DNA of 37,008 nucleotides from a candidate division WOR-3 bacterium (GCA_965649055.1 CBFGJG010000018.1:1-37008); one strand, 5' to 3'. Numbered from the stretch's first letter, positions 8,336 through 19,593 are shown. The notes: generated by a model not told the origin, from the letters alone. A program made the numbers and translations.

Positions 8336-9763
8336 ATGAAGAAGATAGATAATTATAAATATCTCATACCCAAAGAAGGAAATATGAATGTTCCTGGACT
8401 TATTTTTGCATCTGAAAAGATGATAAAACATATTGAAGAAGAAAGAACTTATGAACAGGTGAAGAATGTTGCTCACCTAAAAGGTATACAGAAATATTCG
8501 CTCGCTATGCCTGATATACATTGGGGATATGGTTTCCCAATAGGTGGTGTTGCTGCTATGGATGTTGAAGAGGGTGTTGTTAGCCCTGGCGGTGTCGGTT
8601 ATGATATAAACTGCGGCGTCCGCTCTGTCAGGACTGATTTAACAATAGATGATGTTAAGGATAAAATCCCTCAACTTTTAGATAAAATATATGTGAACGT
8701 TCCCTGTGGTGTAGGTTCGGAAGGAAAGGTCAAACTTTCTGAAAAGGATATAAAAGAGGTGATGATAAAAGGTGCTAAATGGGCTGTTAAAAATGGATAT
8801 GGATGGAATGAAGATATTGAAAGGATTGAGGATTATGGCTCAATGGAAGGTGCTTCAACTGAATTTATTTCTGAAAAGGCAATTGAAAGAGGAATGCCTC
8901 AACTTGGTTCTCTCGGTGCAGGGAATCATTTTCTTGAGATACAGGTCGTTGAAGATGTGTATGATGAAGAGATAGCAAAAAAATGGAAGTTGTTCAAAGG
9001 ACAAATTCTTATAATGATACATTCAGGTTCAAGAGGTTTTGGACATCAGATATGCTCTGATTATATCCACATAATACTTAATGCTATGAGGAAATACGGG
9101 ATTTCTGTTCCTGATAAGGAACTTGCCTGTGTTCCAATAAAATCAGATGAAGGTAAAAGATATATTGCATCTATGAAGTCAGCTGCAAACTTTGCATGGG
9201 CAAATAGACAGATGATAATGCACTGGGTAAGGGAATCTTTCCAGCAGGTTTTCAAGAAATCCTCTGAGAGTATGGGTATGGAATTAATATATGATGTTGC
9301 ACATAATATAGCAAAATTTGAGAAACATATAATAGATGATAAGGAAAAACTATTATGTGTCCACAGGAAAGGTGCAACAAGGGCATTCCCTAAAGGTCAT
9401 CCTGATTTACCAAATATATACAGAGATACAGGTCAGCCTGTAATTATTCCTGGTGATATGGGAACACACTCATATATACTCGTAGGAACTGAAATAGCAA
9501 TGAAGGAAAGTTTTGGTTCTACATGCCATGGTGCAGGAAGGCTTCTTTCAAGACACGAGGCTATTAGAATAACATCTAATAGAAGGATACAGGATGAACT
9601 TAAATCAAAAGGGATTTTAACAAGGGCAAAATCAATAATGACATTAAGGGAAGAAGTCCCTGATGCATACAAAGATATAGATGATGTGATTGAAGTTGTC
9701 GTGAATGCCGGGCTTTCAAAAAAGGTTATAAAGGCAAGACCTATAGGAGTTGTTAAAGGATAG
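8336..9763 (+). CDS. rtcB: RNA 2',3'-cyclic phosphate/5'-OH ligase RtcB (long, archaeal/eukaryotic-like type)
   Basis: PDIHWGYGFPIG, GYDINCG, GNHFLE, HSGSRG, YDVAHN, HRKGAT and CHGAGR motifs. Confidence 0.96.
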   Translation: MKKIDNYKYLIPKEGNMNVPGLIFASEKMIKHIEEERTYEQVKNVAHLKGIQKYSLAMPDIHWGYGFPIGGVAAMDVEEGVVSPGGVGYDINCGVRSVRTDLTIDDVKDKIPQLLDKIYVNVPCGVGSEGKVKLSEKDIKEVMIKGAKWAVKNGYGWNEDIERIEDYGSMEGASTEFISEKAIERGMPQLGSLGAGNHFLEIQVVEDVYDEEIAKKWKLFKGQILIMIHSGSRGFGHQICSDYIHIILNAMRKYGISVPDKELACVPIKSDEGKRYIASMKSAANFAWANRQMIMHWVRESFQQVFKKSSESMGMELIYDVAHNIAKFEKHIIDDKEKLLCVHRKGATRAFPKGHPDLPNIYRDTGQPVIIPGDMGTHSYILVGTEIAMKESFGSTCHGAGRLLSRHEAIRITSNRRIQDELKSKGILTRAKSIMTLREEVPDAYKDIDDVIEVVVNAGLSKKVIKARPIGVVKG

Positions 9764-10530
9764 TGAAGATAATATTCCTTGGAACTGGTGGCGGAAGATA
9801 TGTTGTTTTCAGACAACTAAGGGCAACTGGTGGAATATGGATAGAAGTAGATAATAAACATATTCTTATCGACCCTGGTCCTTCAAGCCTTTTAAGAATC
9901 CTTAAAAGTAAAAGGAAACTTGACCCTTCCAGGATTGACTTTATATTTATCACTCACAGACATCTTGACCATTGCGCTGATTTAAACACCATTATAGAGG
10001 CAAGAACAGAAGGTGGTTTTAAGAAAGGATGTAATTTATTCATCCCAAAAGATGGTATTGATGAAGACCCTGTTTTATTAAAATATCTAAGACCATTTCT
10101 TGAGAAGATTGATATAATGGAAGAAAATAAAAGATATGTAATATCTGAAAATTGTTATGTTGAAACACCAAAAAAATTAATCCATTCTGTTGAGTGTTTT
10201 GGTCTTAATTTTTTTTACAAAGATAGAAAAATACTTTCTTTCATTTCAGATACAGAATACTTTGACGAATTATCCGGATATTATAATGGTAATAATGTGA
10301 TTATGAATGTTGTCTTATTCAAAAAAACTGATCTGAAACATCTTTCATTTGAAGATATCCCGGATTTTATAAAAAGGCATAAACCGGAAAGACTTATAAT
10401 AACACATTTTGGTATGGGTATGTTAAAACAGAAACCATGGGAACTTGCAGAAAGATTTTCAAAAGAGAATAAAATTAATATGATTGCTGCAAGGGATGGA
10501 ATGGAGATAGATTTAGATGGGAAAGGTTAA
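9763..10530 (+). CDS. MBL-fold metallo-hydrolase (RNase Z/PhnP-like)
   Basis: FLGTGG, DPGP, THRHLDH (HxHxDH), SDT, THF; GTG start overlaps the rtcB stop (TAGTG). Confidence 0.88.
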   Translation: MKIIFLGTGGGRYVVFRQLRATGGIWIEVDNKHILIDPGPSSLLRILKSKRKLDPSRIDFIFITHRHLDHCADLNTIIEARTEGGFKKGCNLFIPKDGIDEDPVLLKYLRPFLEKIDIMEENKRYVISENCYVETPKKLIHSVECFGLNFFYKDRKILSFISDTEYFDELSGYYNGNNVIMNVVLFKKTDLKHLSFEDIPDFIKRHKPERLIITHFGMGMLKQKPWELAERFSKENKINMIAARDGMEIDLDGKG

Positions 10531-12085
10531 ATTGCTTCCCGAAGAAGTGAGAAAAAAGATTTCAGCAGGAGAGGTTATAGAAAGACCTTCTTCTGTTATA
10601 AAAGAACTTGTTGAGAACTCAATAGATGCAGGTTCAACGAAGATTATTATTGAGATTGAAGAAGGTGGAAAGAAATTAATCCGCGTTTCAGATAACGGTG
10701 AAGGTATTCTTAAAGAAGATTTGCCATTGGTTATACACAGATACACAACAAGCAAGATTTATACAAGTAATGATATAAATAATATAAAAACACTTGGCTT
10801 CAGGGGTGAAGCACTCGCAAGTATTGCTTCTGTTTCTTTACTTGAAATCCTTTCAAGGAGTAAATTCGAAGAGACAGGAAAGTTGATAAAATCACTTGGA
10901 GGAGAGATAACAGAAGAAAAGGAATATCAAAGACAGGTAGGAACAACTGTGGTTGTTAAAAATCTGTTCTATAATTATCCATCAAGGAGAAGATTTCTTA
11001 AATCCCAGAGTGCAGAAACAAGGAGTATTTTATCAGAACTTATACCAAGATTCATTGCACATCCGGATGTTTCATTTGAATTTATAAGTGATGGTGAAAG
11101 GCTATATCAGTTTTTCCCTTCAACCCTTGAAGAAAGAATAACAAATATCTTCGGGCTCAACTTCCTTGATTACTTTGAATTCACTGAAGAAGGTGATAGT
11201 AACTTCAAAATTTATGGATATTTCCAGAAACCAAATGCAATCTCACAGAAGAAAAATTTCTTGTTTGTAAACAAAAGAAGCGTATGGAATAACCAGATAA
11301 ATAGTTTTATCCAATCCATGTATAATCTACCAGCAGGTGAAAGACCTTCTTTTTTCCTATTCCTTGATATTCCACCTGAATTTGTTGATGTAAATATCCA
11401 TCCACAGAAAAAGGAAGTCCTTTTCAGAAACGAAAAATTTCTCTTTGAAATTATTGCAAAAGCAGTTGAGAAGATAATCTTAGGGAAAGATGGTTATAAA
11501 ATCGCTCTTGATTCACTGACGCAGCTTGACCTTTTTAAAGACAGAAAGACAAAGTTCTGGCAGTTTCACAATTCTTATATTGTTGCACAAACAAGGAATG
11601 GTATTGTAATAATAGACCAGCATGCTGCACATGAAAGAATAATATTTGAAAAACTAAAAAACAAAACTGATTCATCTATAAATCTACTTAACCCTGTTGA
11701 GATAGAATTTTCTCCATTTGAGATTGAAAACATAAAAAGCGCTGAAAAATCATTGAATGAACTTGGTTTCAGATTTAAGATATTCAGTAATAACACGATA
11801 CTTGTGGAAGCCTTACCATCTCTGATAGAAGATTTAAGTACAGAAAATCTCACAAATCTTTTCAGGGAAATATCTTCAAGAAATGTAAATCCCCTTGATA
11901 AAATCATTGAATCAATTGCATGTCATTCTGCTGTAAAACAGGGTGAATCTCTCACTGAAGATGAAATTACCTATCTTATCAATGAACTATTTACAACTGA
12001 AAAACCTTATACCTGTCCACATGGAAGACCAACATTGTTTGAAATAAGCATTGAGGAACTTGAAAGAAGGTTTAAAAGAAGATAA
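10517..12085 (+). CDS. mutL: DNA mismatch repair endonuclease MutL
   Basis: AGEVIERP, ELVENSIDAG, GFRGEAL, endonuclease motif DQHAAHER, CPHGRP. Confidence 0.97.
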   Translation: MGKVKLLPEEVRKKISAGEVIERPSSVIKELVENSIDAGSTKIIIEIEEGGKKLIRVSDNGEGILKEDLPLVIHRYTTSKIYTSNDINNIKTLGFRGEALASIASVSLLEILSRSKFEETGKLIKSLGGEITEEKEYQRQVGTTVVVKNLFYNYPSRRRFLKSQSAETRSILSELIPRFIAHPDVSFEFISDGERLYQFFPSTLEERITNIFGLNFLDYFEFTEEGDSNFKIYGYFQKPNAISQKKNFLFVNKRSVWNNQINSFIQSMYNLPAGERPSFFLFLDIPPEFVDVNIHPQKKEVLFRNEKFLFEIIAKAVEKIILGKDGYKIALDSLTQLDLFKDRKTKFWQFHNSYIVAQTRNGIVIIDQHAAHERIIFEKLKNKTDSSINLLNPVEIEFSPFEIENIKSAEKSLNELGFRFKIFSNNTILVEALPSLIEDLSTENLTNLFREISSRNVNPLDKIIESIACHSAVKQGESLTEDEITYLINELFTTEKPYTCPHGRPTLFEISIEELERRFKRR

Positions 12086-12995
12086 AATAATCGTCCTTAC
12101 AGGTTGCACCGCATCAGGGAAAACAGAACTGGTAAAGAAAATTGCCGAATATTATCCAGTAGAAGTCGTTTCCTGTGATTCAAGACAGGTTTATAAATAT
12201 ATGGATATTGGGACTGCAAAACCGGATAAAGAAACACTTAAAAAAATAAAACATCATTTAATAGATATAAAATTACCTAATGAATACTTCTCGGCATTTG
12301 AATTCTATGAAAATGTTAAGATATTGAATGAAGAGATAAAAAGAAGAAATAAGATACCTGTTGTTGTAGGTGGAACGATTCTATATATTCTTTCTTTGCA
12401 GAATGGATTATTCAAGATACCGAAGATACCAGAATCAATAAGGAAAGAAATAATTGATGAACTTGAAAATTATGGTATAGAAAGACTATATCTTGAGCTT
12501 AAAGAAAAAGACCCTGAAAGGGCTTCTATGCTTCATCCGAATGATAAACAGAGGATAACAAGGTCTCTTGAAATCATAAGGGCTACCGGAATAAAACATT
12601 CTGAATGGATAAAAAAAGAGCATTATAAAGGTATGGCGCTTAAAGTATTCTATCTTTATTCAGAAAAGGAAGAACTAAATAAAAGGATTGAATACAGGAC
12701 TAATTTAATGATTGAAAAAGGTTTTAAAGAAGAAGTTATGAAACTTCTTGAAATGGGATATACTCAGAATGATTATGGATTATCATCACTTGGATATAAA
12801 GAAATGATAAAACACATAAATGGTGAATATACAATTGATGAGACTATTAAAAAAATAATTCAAAAGACCAAAGAATATGCTAAAAGGCAGAGGACTTTTA
12901 TTAAAAAAATAAAATTATATTCAAAAATAACCCTTGATAATTTTGAAATATTCTGTAAAATTTTAAATGATGAAGAAAAAAATAAGGATTGGTAA
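12051..12995 (+). CDS. miaA: tRNA dimethylallyltransferase (exact start uncertain)
   Basis: GCTASGKT P-loop, DSRQVYKYMDIGTAKP, VGGT, YAKRQ; follows mutL. Confidence 0.95.
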   Translation: MRNLKEGLKEDKIIVLTGCTASGKTELVKKIAEYYPVEVVSCDSRQVYKYMDIGTAKPDKETLKKIKHHLIDIKLPNEYFSAFEFYENVKILNEEIKRRNKIPVVVGGTILYILSLQNGLFKIPKIPESIRKEIIDELENYGIERLYLELKEKDPERASMLHPNDKQRITRSLEIIRATGIKHSEWIKKEHYKGMALKVFYLYSEKEELNKRIEYRTNLMIEKGFKEEVMKLLEMGYTQNDYGLSSLGYKEMIKHINGEYTIDETIKKIIQKTKEYAKRQRTFIKKIKLYSKITLDNFEIFCKILNDEEKNKDW

Positions 12996-14010
12996 TATAT
13001 TTATAGGTGGTAATGAGGAAATCAAAGTCCAATCTATGACTAAATCAAGGACTGAAGATATAAGAAAAACAATAGAGGAGATAAAAAGGCTTGAGGATGC
13101 AGGTTGTGAAATAGTCCGTGTTGCTGTTCCCAATGAAGAATCTGCAAAGGCTATAAAGAAAATTAAAAAAGAGATAAGCATACCACTGGTTGCTGATATA
13201 CATTTCGATTATAAACTTGCAATAGAATCTGTAAATAATGGTGCAGATAAGATAAGGATTAACCCGGGGAATATCGGTTCTGAATGGAAGGTAAAGGAGG
13301 TTGTAAAGGTTTGTAAAGAGAAAGATATTCCAATAAGGGTTGGTGTAAATTCTGGCTCTATCAGGAAAGATATACTTAGAAAATATGGCGGGGTTAATAT
13401 AAATTCAATACTTGAAGGTCTGAATGAAGAGGTTAAGATTCTTGAAGAAAATGGATTTGACAGGATTGTTTTATCAGTAAAAGCAACAGATTTGAAACTT
13501 TTTATAGATGCAAATGAAAAAATAAATGAAAAATACAATTATCCTATGCATATCGGTGTAACAGAAGCAGGTCCAGTCCCTGATGGTATAGTAAAATCAT
13601 CAATAGGTATTGGTTATCTTCTTCTTAAAAATATTGGTGATACAATAAGGGTTTCTTTAACCGAAAGTTCCCTGAAAGAGGTTGAAATTGCATACCTGAT
13701 TCTTTCTTCCACAGGAAAGAGAAAAATCTTTCCTGAAATAATTTCCTGTCCAACCTGTGGTAGAACCGAGGTAAATACAGTAAAACTTGTAAGGAAACTA
13801 TTACCAGATTTAAGAAAGATAAAAAAACCCTTAAAGATAGCAATTATGGGATGTTCCGTGAATGGTCCCGGTGAGGCAAAAGAGGCGGATATAGGAATTG
13901 CGGGTGGAAAAGGATTTTACCTGCTATTTAAAAAAGGGAAAATAATAAAAGAGATAAAAGAAGAAAAAATAATGTCAGAATTCTTAAAAGAAATTAAAAA
14001 AGGAGTGTAA
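12967..14010 (+). CDS. ispG: (E)-4-hydroxy-3-methylbut-2-enyl-diphosphate synthase
   Basis: VQSMT, LVADIHF, RINPGN, GDTIRVSL, SCPTCGR, MGCSVNGPGEA. Confidence 0.97.
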   Translation: MMKKKIRIGNIFIGGNEEIKVQSMTKSRTEDIRKTIEEIKRLEDAGCEIVRVAVPNEESAKAIKKIKKEISIPLVADIHFDYKLAIESVNNGADKIRINPGNIGSEWKVKEVVKVCKEKDIPIRVGVNSGSIRKDILRKYGGVNINSILEGLNEEVKILEENGFDRIVLSVKATDLKLFIDANEKINEKYNYPMHIGVTEAGPVPDGIVKSSIGIGYLLLKNIGDTIRVSLTESSLKEVEIAYLILSSTGKRKIFPEIISCPTCGRTEVNTVKLVRKLLPDLRKIKKPLKIAIMGCSVNGPGEAKEADIGIAGGKGFYLLFKKGKIIKEIKEEKIMSEFLKEIKKGV

Positions 14011-14011
14011 T

Positions 14012-14278
14012 ATGCAATTAAAGGTTGAAAAAGACAGGATTAAGGTTCTTGTTTATCTTAAAGATTACAGGATAAGGGGAACACTTCATATTATCCCAAA
14101 TTCAAGGCTTTCTGATAATCTGTCATTCACATCAAAAAAAACCGACTTTCTACCTCTTACTGATTGCGAAATCACATTTAATGATGGAAGTGTGAAAAAA
14201 GTGGATTTTGTCCTAATCCAGATATCTTCTGTGATAATGATCCATGAGGATAAAGAGGAGAAAAAAGGAGTGAAATAA
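14012..14278 (+). CDS. Small conserved hypothetical protein (DUF6812-like)
   Basis: AGGAG RBS; RIRGTLH...RLSD.L...FLPLTD pattern. Confidence 0.6.
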   Translation: MQLKVEKDRIKVLVYLKDYRIRGTLHIIPNSRLSDNLSFTSKKTDFLPLTDCEITFNDGSVKKVDFVLIQISSVIMIHEDKEEKKGVK

Positions 14279-15585
14279 TGGAACGCTTCTTCAAGTTGAA
14301 AGAGAGAAATACAAATGTTAAAACAGAAATTATCGCTGGTATAGCAACATTTATGGCCATGTCTTATATCATTGCTGCAAATCCTTTGATACTTGAAGCA
14401 GCTGGAATGGATAGAGGTGCAACAACACTTGCAACCTGTCTTGTTTCAGGGATAATAACAATCCTTATGGGATTATTATCTAATTATCCAATCGCACTTG
14501 CACCCGGAATGGGAATTAATGCATTCTTTGCATATACGATCTGTAAAAGTATGGGTGTTGACTGGAGGATTGGACTTGGTTTCTATTTTATTGAAGGTGT
14601 TATAATACTTATTGTAACATTTACAAAGTTAAGGGAGATTGTTGTTAATGCAATACCATATTCATTAAAATGTGCTATAAGTGTTGGAATAGGTTTATTC
14701 CTTGCATTCATTGGTTTCGAGAACGCAGGGCTTATAACAAAAGACCCTGTTACATTTGTCCGCATTTCAAATTTTCACGACCCGAATGTATTAAAAATGG
14801 TTATTCTATCTTCAATTGGAATATTCCTTATCACTTTTTTACTCCATAAAAAGATAAAAGGTGCAATACTTATAGGAATATTGGTAGCAACTATCTTGAA
14901 TTTTCTTCCTTTCTTTAAAATTAAGGGTGCAGAACTTTCTTTCCTGAAAGTGAGCCTTGCACCAACATTCTTAAAACTTGATATAATAGGTGCATTGAAG
15001 TTAAGTTTTATACCGCTTATATTTACACTACTTTTTGTTGATTTCTTTGATACACTCGGGACAATCATTGGTGTTTCAACAAAGGCAGGTTTTATTGATA
15101 AGGATGGAAAGATACCAAATGTTGGAAGAATTCTTATCGTAGATTCACTCGGTCCAGTTACTGCATCTTTATTTGGAACATCAACTGTTACATCTTATAT
15201 AGAAAGTGCGGCAGGTATTGAAGAAGGAGGAAGGACCGGTTTAACATCTATAGTTACAGGTCTCTTATTCCTTATCGCAATCCCTCTAACACCACTTGTA
15301 GGTTTTATAGTTGCACCTGCAGTTGCACCAGCCCTAATTATTGTAGGGATTATGATGATGGAACCTGTTTTAAAGATAAATCTTAATGACTACACCGAAT
15401 CAGTTCCTGCATTTATAACAATAATATCCATGCCTTTTACATACAGCATATCAAATGGTATAACACTGGGATTCCTTTCATATGTTATTATAAAATTAAT
15501 AAGTGGAAAATATAAAGATGTTTCTATTGTGATGTATGTTTTATCCGTTTTCTTTGTATTATTTTTTATATTTAGTAAGATGTAG
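14278..15585 (+). CDS. NCS2/AzgA-family purine permease
   Basis: TEIIAG.ATFMAMSYI, APGMG.NAFF, FFDTLGT, YIES.AG..EGGRTG; many TM helices. Confidence 0.92.
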   Translation: MERFFKLKERNTNVKTEIIAGIATFMAMSYIIAANPLILEAAGMDRGATTLATCLVSGIITILMGLLSNYPIALAPGMGINAFFAYTICKSMGVDWRIGLGFYFIEGVIILIVTFTKLREIVVNAIPYSLKCAISVGIGLFLAFIGFENAGLITKDPVTFVRISNFHDPNVLKMVILSSIGIFLITFLLHKKIKGAILIGILVATILNFLPFFKIKGAELSFLKVSLAPTFLKLDIIGALKLSFIPLIFTLLFVDFFDTLGTIIGVSTKAGFIDKDGKIPNVGRILIVDSLGPVTASLFGTSTVTSYIESAAGIEEGGRTGLTSIVTGLLFLIAIPLTPLVGFIVAPAVAPALIIVGIMMMEPVLKINLNDYTESVPAFITIISMPFTYSISNGITLGFLSYVIIKLISGKYKDVSIVMYVLSVFFVLFFIFSKM

Positions 15586-15586
15586 T

Positions 15587-16489
15587 TTAAAGGAACCTTA
15601 AATACTCTAAAATAGCATTTATTTTAAATTCCTGCAGGACATATGTTTCAACTGCTGGTGTACAACCACATTCTTTACATACCTCTTCGTTATAAATCCC
15701 TTCCCTGCAACAACAAGGGCTTAATCTTCCATTGTTAACAACTATTCCACCCCATACAGGTCTCTCCCAATTACCTTTTTTCAATGTGATTATACCTTCA
15801 AAAGTATTGGATATCTTTAAAGGAAATCTCTTCTTCAATCTCCGCATCTTTTGTATTGCAATTATTTTTTCTTCTTTTGATAATCTCAAATCGCTATTTT
15901 CAAGACCAATGTATGGTGTAAAAAGATGGAAGAGTATACCTTTAACATTTTTAAATTTTAAAATAAAACCTGTAAATTCTTCTATTGATTTTAAGTTTTT
16001 ACTTGTTATTGTGTAATTAATAAATATTTTTTTATGTTCGCTTTTCATTATATTATCCAATATAATCTTAAAAATCTTTGAGTTTCTCATTTCGTCATTC
16101 TCTTCAGGGAATCCATCGAGACTTACCCATAGGTAATCTGCATTTGAAACCAATGGGAAAGTTCCGTTTGTGCATACAACAACCCTGAAAAATCCAATAT
16201 TTTTTGCATAATCGATAACATCATTAAGATTGTAAAGATTATCCTTCCATAGAAACGGTTCTCCACCTGTTATAACAAGCATCCTTGAGCCTGAGTCGTA
16301 AAGCATTTTTAAATCCCTTTTAATATCATCAAAACTTAAATCTTTATATCCAAGATTGGAGACAATACAATGTTTACATTTTAGATTACATTTATCCGTT
16401 ATTATCAGGGTTGATGTAATAGGAATTTTTCTTTTCAAAATCTTACATCTAAATCCATAAAAAATATAATAAATTATTTTATTAATCAT
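15587..16489 (-). CDS. Radical SAM protein with a Cys-rich C-terminal extension
   Basis: CNLKCKHC, TGGEP, TNG, SLDG; C-terminal PCCC...CKECGC. Confidence 0.88.
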   Translation of the reverse strand: MINKIIYYIFYGFRCKILKRKIPITSTLIITDKCNLKCKHCIVSNLGYKDLSFDDIKRDLKMLYDSGSRMLVITGGEPFLWKDNLYNLNDVIDYAKNIGFFRVVVCTNGTFPLVSNADYLWVSLDGFPEENDEMRNSKIFKIILDNIMKSEHKKIFINYTITSKNLKSIEEFTGFILKFKNVKGILFHLFTPYIGLENSDLRLSKEEKIIAIQKMRRLKKRFPLKISNTFEGIITLKKGNWERPVWGGIVVNNGRLSPCCCREGIYNEEVCKECGCTPAVETYVLQEFKINAILEYLRFL

Positions 16490-16977
16490 TTAAGGATCTT
16501 TTCAAGTTCTTTATAGAAATTCTTCATTCCATTCTTATATAGATTCAAATAAAAAAAATCAGGTTTTCTTTCAAAATAAGTCTCCTGATAGTAATGGACA
16601 AGAATACCCTGCAAGGTATCTTTTATTTCATAGTATCCTGATTCTGCCAGAACATCAGGGAAGATTTTATTATCACCATTGTATTCAATTAGTGAAAACC
16701 TGACAATCTTATTCACCATATCTTTTTCCCTTTTATAGATTGCAACAGGTTTAAACAAAAAATAATTGTATTCAAATCGAACAATCTGATAGTTCAATCC
16801 ACTATCTATAAGAAAAACCTTCATTGCATCATTTATATGGGATTTCATTATTGAGAAATCAAATAATCTTTCAATGATAGAATCTTTATCCAGATTTGTA
16901 ATAAAACTATGTTCAAAAATATATTTCTCTCCTGTTGAACTATTCAACAAATATATTATAAGTATCAAGTTTATCAT
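16486..16977 (-). CDS. Hypothetical exported protein, possibly START/SRPBCC-like
   Basis: Hydrophobic N-terminus and a 4-bp overlap with the radical SAM gene; the fold is a guess from the secondary-structure pattern. Confidence 0.55.
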   Translation of the reverse strand: MINLILIIYLLNSSTGEKYIFEHSFITNLDKDSIIERLFDFSIMKSHINDAMKVFLIDSGLNYQIVRFEYNYFLFKPVAIYKREKDMVNKIVRFSLIEYNGDNKIFPDVLAESGYYEIKDTLQGILVHYYQETYFERKPDFFYLNLYKNGMKNFYKELEKILK

Positions 16978-17026
16978 AAAAAAATAAAACCCTCTCCCCT
17001 ACTATTATTTGTAAAGGAGAGGGTTT
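16978..17026 (-). terminator. Rho-independent terminator after the aminotransferase gene
   Basis: Minus strand AAACCCTCTCCTTTAC-loop-GTAGGGGAGAGGGTTT (with G-U pairs), then a T-tract. Confidence 0.8.
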
Positions 17027-17031
17027 AAAAA

Positions 17032-18111
17032 TTACATCTTCTTCAAGATATCGTCAATCTCGCCAAGGACCCATTTTATATCTTCAACAGTCAAATCTCC
17101 CATATGTGCAATCCTAAATGTCTTTTCTTTGAGGTCTCCGTATCCATTTGATATTGCAGCGCCCCTCTTACCAAGTTCCTGATTCAGGTTTGCAACACTT
17201 ATTCCTCTCGTATTTTCTATTGTTGTTAGTGTGATTGATTCGTATCCCTCTTCTGGGAATATCTTGAAGTTTGCCTTTGCCCATTCCCTTGTTATCTTTG
17301 CCATTTCAATATGTCTTTTGAATCTATTTTCAAGCCCTTCAACATTTAGGATCTTATCGAGTTCTTTATTCAAAGCAAATATATGGGAAATCGATGGTGT
17401 CGTGTGTGTCTGATGGTTCTTTGTATCCCAGTATTTCTTGAACTGCAATATATCAAAGTAGTATCCTCTGTTTTTAACTGTTTCGGCCTTTTTCAATGCC
17501 TTCTCACTCACTGTTACAATTGCAAGTCCTGGTGGTAATGCAAAGCATTTCTGCGAACTTGTAACAAGTATATCTATTCCTAACTTATCAACCTCAATCT
17601 TTACTCCACCTGCTGATGAAACTGCGTCAACACAGAAAATAACATCTGGATATTTCTTTAACATCTCAGCATAAGGTTCAAGTGGATGCATAACACCTGT
17701 TGCAGTTTCATTATGCGTGATAAATAAAGCATCATATTGACCTGTCTTTAGTTTTTCTTCAACCATCTCAGGTTTTATTGCCTTACCAAGCGGAACTTCG
17801 ATAACATCATATTCTTTACCATTAAGTTTGGAGATATCAGCCCATCTCTTACTGAATGCACCACAAACAGTATGCAATGCCTTCTTTCCCACAACAGACC
17901 TTACAGCACCCTCCATCATACCTGTTCCGGAAGAAGTTGAAAGGATAATGAAGTTATTTGTATAGAAGACCTTTTGGACCTTGGGGACAACCTCATCCAT
18001 AAGTGCTGTGAATTCCTTCATTCTATGTCCAATCATAGGTGTTCCCATTGCCTCAAGTATATCAGGCATTACTTCTGTTGGTCCTGGAATAAAAAGTTTT
18101 TTATGCATCAT
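17032..18111 (-). CDS. Class V PLP aminotransferase (alanine/serine-glyoxylate type)
   Basis: [36 protein letters not shown]. Confidence 0.92.
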   Translation of the reverse strand: MMHKKLFIPGPTEVMPDILEAMGTPMIGHRMKEFTALMDEVVPKVQKVFYTNNFIILSTSSGTGMMEGAVRSVVGKKALHTVCGAFSKRWADISKLNGKEYDVIEVPLGKAIKPEMVEEKLKTGQYDALFITHNETATGVMHPLEPYAEMLKKYPDVIFCVDAVSSAGGVKIEVDKLGIDILVTSSQKCFALPPGLAIVTVSEKALKKAETVKNRGYYFDILQFKKYWDTKNHQTHTTPSISHIFALNKELDKILNVEGLENRFKRHIEMAKITREWAKANFKIFPEEGYESITLTTIENTRGISVANLNQELGKRGAAISNGYGDLKEKTFRIAHMGDLTVEDIKWVLGEIDDILKKM

Positions 18112-19382
18112 TCCTCCTTTTTAAATTTTTTATGTTTTTCTTGAAGTTCTTTATATAAAGGGAAGGCATCTGTCAAAATCTTCACTTCCCCTTTTACCTC
18201 CTCATAAACCTTTTCATTATCAATGTTTGTTAAAATCTTATCAATCAATCTCACAATCTTTTTCATCTCTTCTTCTTTCATTCCTCTTGTTGTCAAAGCA
18301 GGTGTTCCAACCCTTATTCCACTTGCTACAAATGGTTTTTCCTTATCGAAAGGAATTGTGTTTTTGTTCACTGTGATATTTGCCTTATCAAGTGCCTCTT
18401 CTGCCTGCTTACCTGTAATACCTTTACTTTTAACATCAACAAGTAAAAGATGTGTATCTGTTCCGCCTGCAACAAGCCTCCATCCAAGCCTTTTGAATTC
18501 TTCTTCCATTGCCTTTGCATTTCTTATTATCTGCTTCTGATATTCCTTAAATTCATCACTCATAGCCTCTTTAAAAGCAACTGCCTTTGCAGCAATTATG
18601 TGCATGTGTGGGCCTCCTTGAAGACCCGGGAATACAGCCTTGTCAATTGCCTTTGCATGTTTTTCCTTACAAAGTATTATTGCGCCCCTTGGACCTCTTA
18701 AAGTCTTATGTGTTGTAGTAGTAACAGCATCTGCAAGTGGAACTGGATTTGGGTGAAGACCTGCTACAATAAGCCCTGCAATATGTGCAACATCTGCAAC
18801 GAAGAAAGCACCAATATCATCTGCTATCTCCCTGAATCTATCCCAACGTAATGTTCTTGGATAAGCACTTGCACCTGTCATAATAAGTTTCGGTTTATGT
18901 TCCTTTGCAAGCTTCCAGAGTTCATCATAATTTATCTGTTCTGTATTCGGATCAACTGTATACTGGAATGCATCGTATAATTGTCCTGTTATACTCACAG
19001 AATATCCATGTGAAAGATGTCCACCATGAGATAAAGAAAGTCCAAAGATTTTATCCCCTGGTTTTATAAATGCTGTATAAACAGCAAGATTTGCCGGAAC
19101 ACCGGATAATGGCTGAACATTCGCATGCTCTGCATTGAATAATTTCTTAGCTCTTTCAATCGCAAGTGCCTCAGCAACATCAACCCATTCGCATCCACCA
19201 TAGTATCTCTTTGCAGGATAACCTTCAGCATATTTATTTGTCATAACAGAACCCATTGCTTCCATTACAGCATAGGAAACAAAGTTTTCAGATGCAATAA
19301 GTTCAAGCTTTGAATTCTGTCTTTCTGCCTCCTTTATTATTGCTTCAGCTATTTCCTTATCTATCTTAAAAATATGTTCCAT
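18108..19382 (-). CDS. glyA: Serine hydroxymethyltransferase
   Basis: [48 protein letters not shown]. Confidence 0.98.
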   Translation of the reverse strand: MEHIFKIDKEIAEAIIKEAERQNSKLELIASENFVSYAVMEAMGSVMTNKYAEGYPAKRYYGGCEWVDVAEALAIERAKKLFNAEHANVQPLSGVPANLAVYTAFIKPGDKIFGLSLSHGGHLSHGYSVSITGQLYDAFQYTVDPNTEQINYDELWKLAKEHKPKLIMTGASAYPRTLRWDRFREIADDIGAFFVADVAHIAGLIVAGLHPNPVPLADAVTTTTHKTLRGPRGAIILCKEKHAKAIDKAVFPGLQGGPHMHIIAAKAVAFKEAMSDEFKEYQKQIIRNAKAMEEEFKRLGWRLVAGGTDTHLLLVDVKSKGITGKQAEEALDKANITVNKNTIPFDKEKPFVASGIRVGTPALTTRGMKEEEMKKIVRLIDKILTNIDNEKVYEEVKGEVKILTDAFPLYKELQEKHKKFKKEE

Positions 19383-19390
19383 TTATCCTC

Positions 19391-19585
19391 CTATTTCCAT
19401 AAAATTCCTATTGGAATAAGAACAAGGTATCCTAAAACAAGAAGTATAGGTGAAAGTGTGATAGAACCTTTTGCAAGTGTTATATAACCAAGGATAATTG
19501 ATATTAAACCTGCACCAAGAAAATAAAAGTTCTTTGATTTAAAATACAATTGTTCTATCTTCTTTATTTCCTTCTTTTTTCCCAT
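19391..19585 (-). CDS. Small two-TM membrane protein (DUF3098-like)
   Basis: GGAGG RBS; F.SKNF...G.GLI..GY...SITLSPILLVLGY pattern. Confidence 0.7.
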   Translation of the reverse strand: MGKKKEIKKIEQLYFKSKNFYFLGAGLISIILGYITLAKGSITLSPILLVLGYLVLIPIGILWK

Positions 19586-19593
19586 AATACCTC

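Noticed and set aside
10517..12995. mutL-miaA adjacency as a novel link
   Set aside because: This is a widely conserved, well-known gene order.
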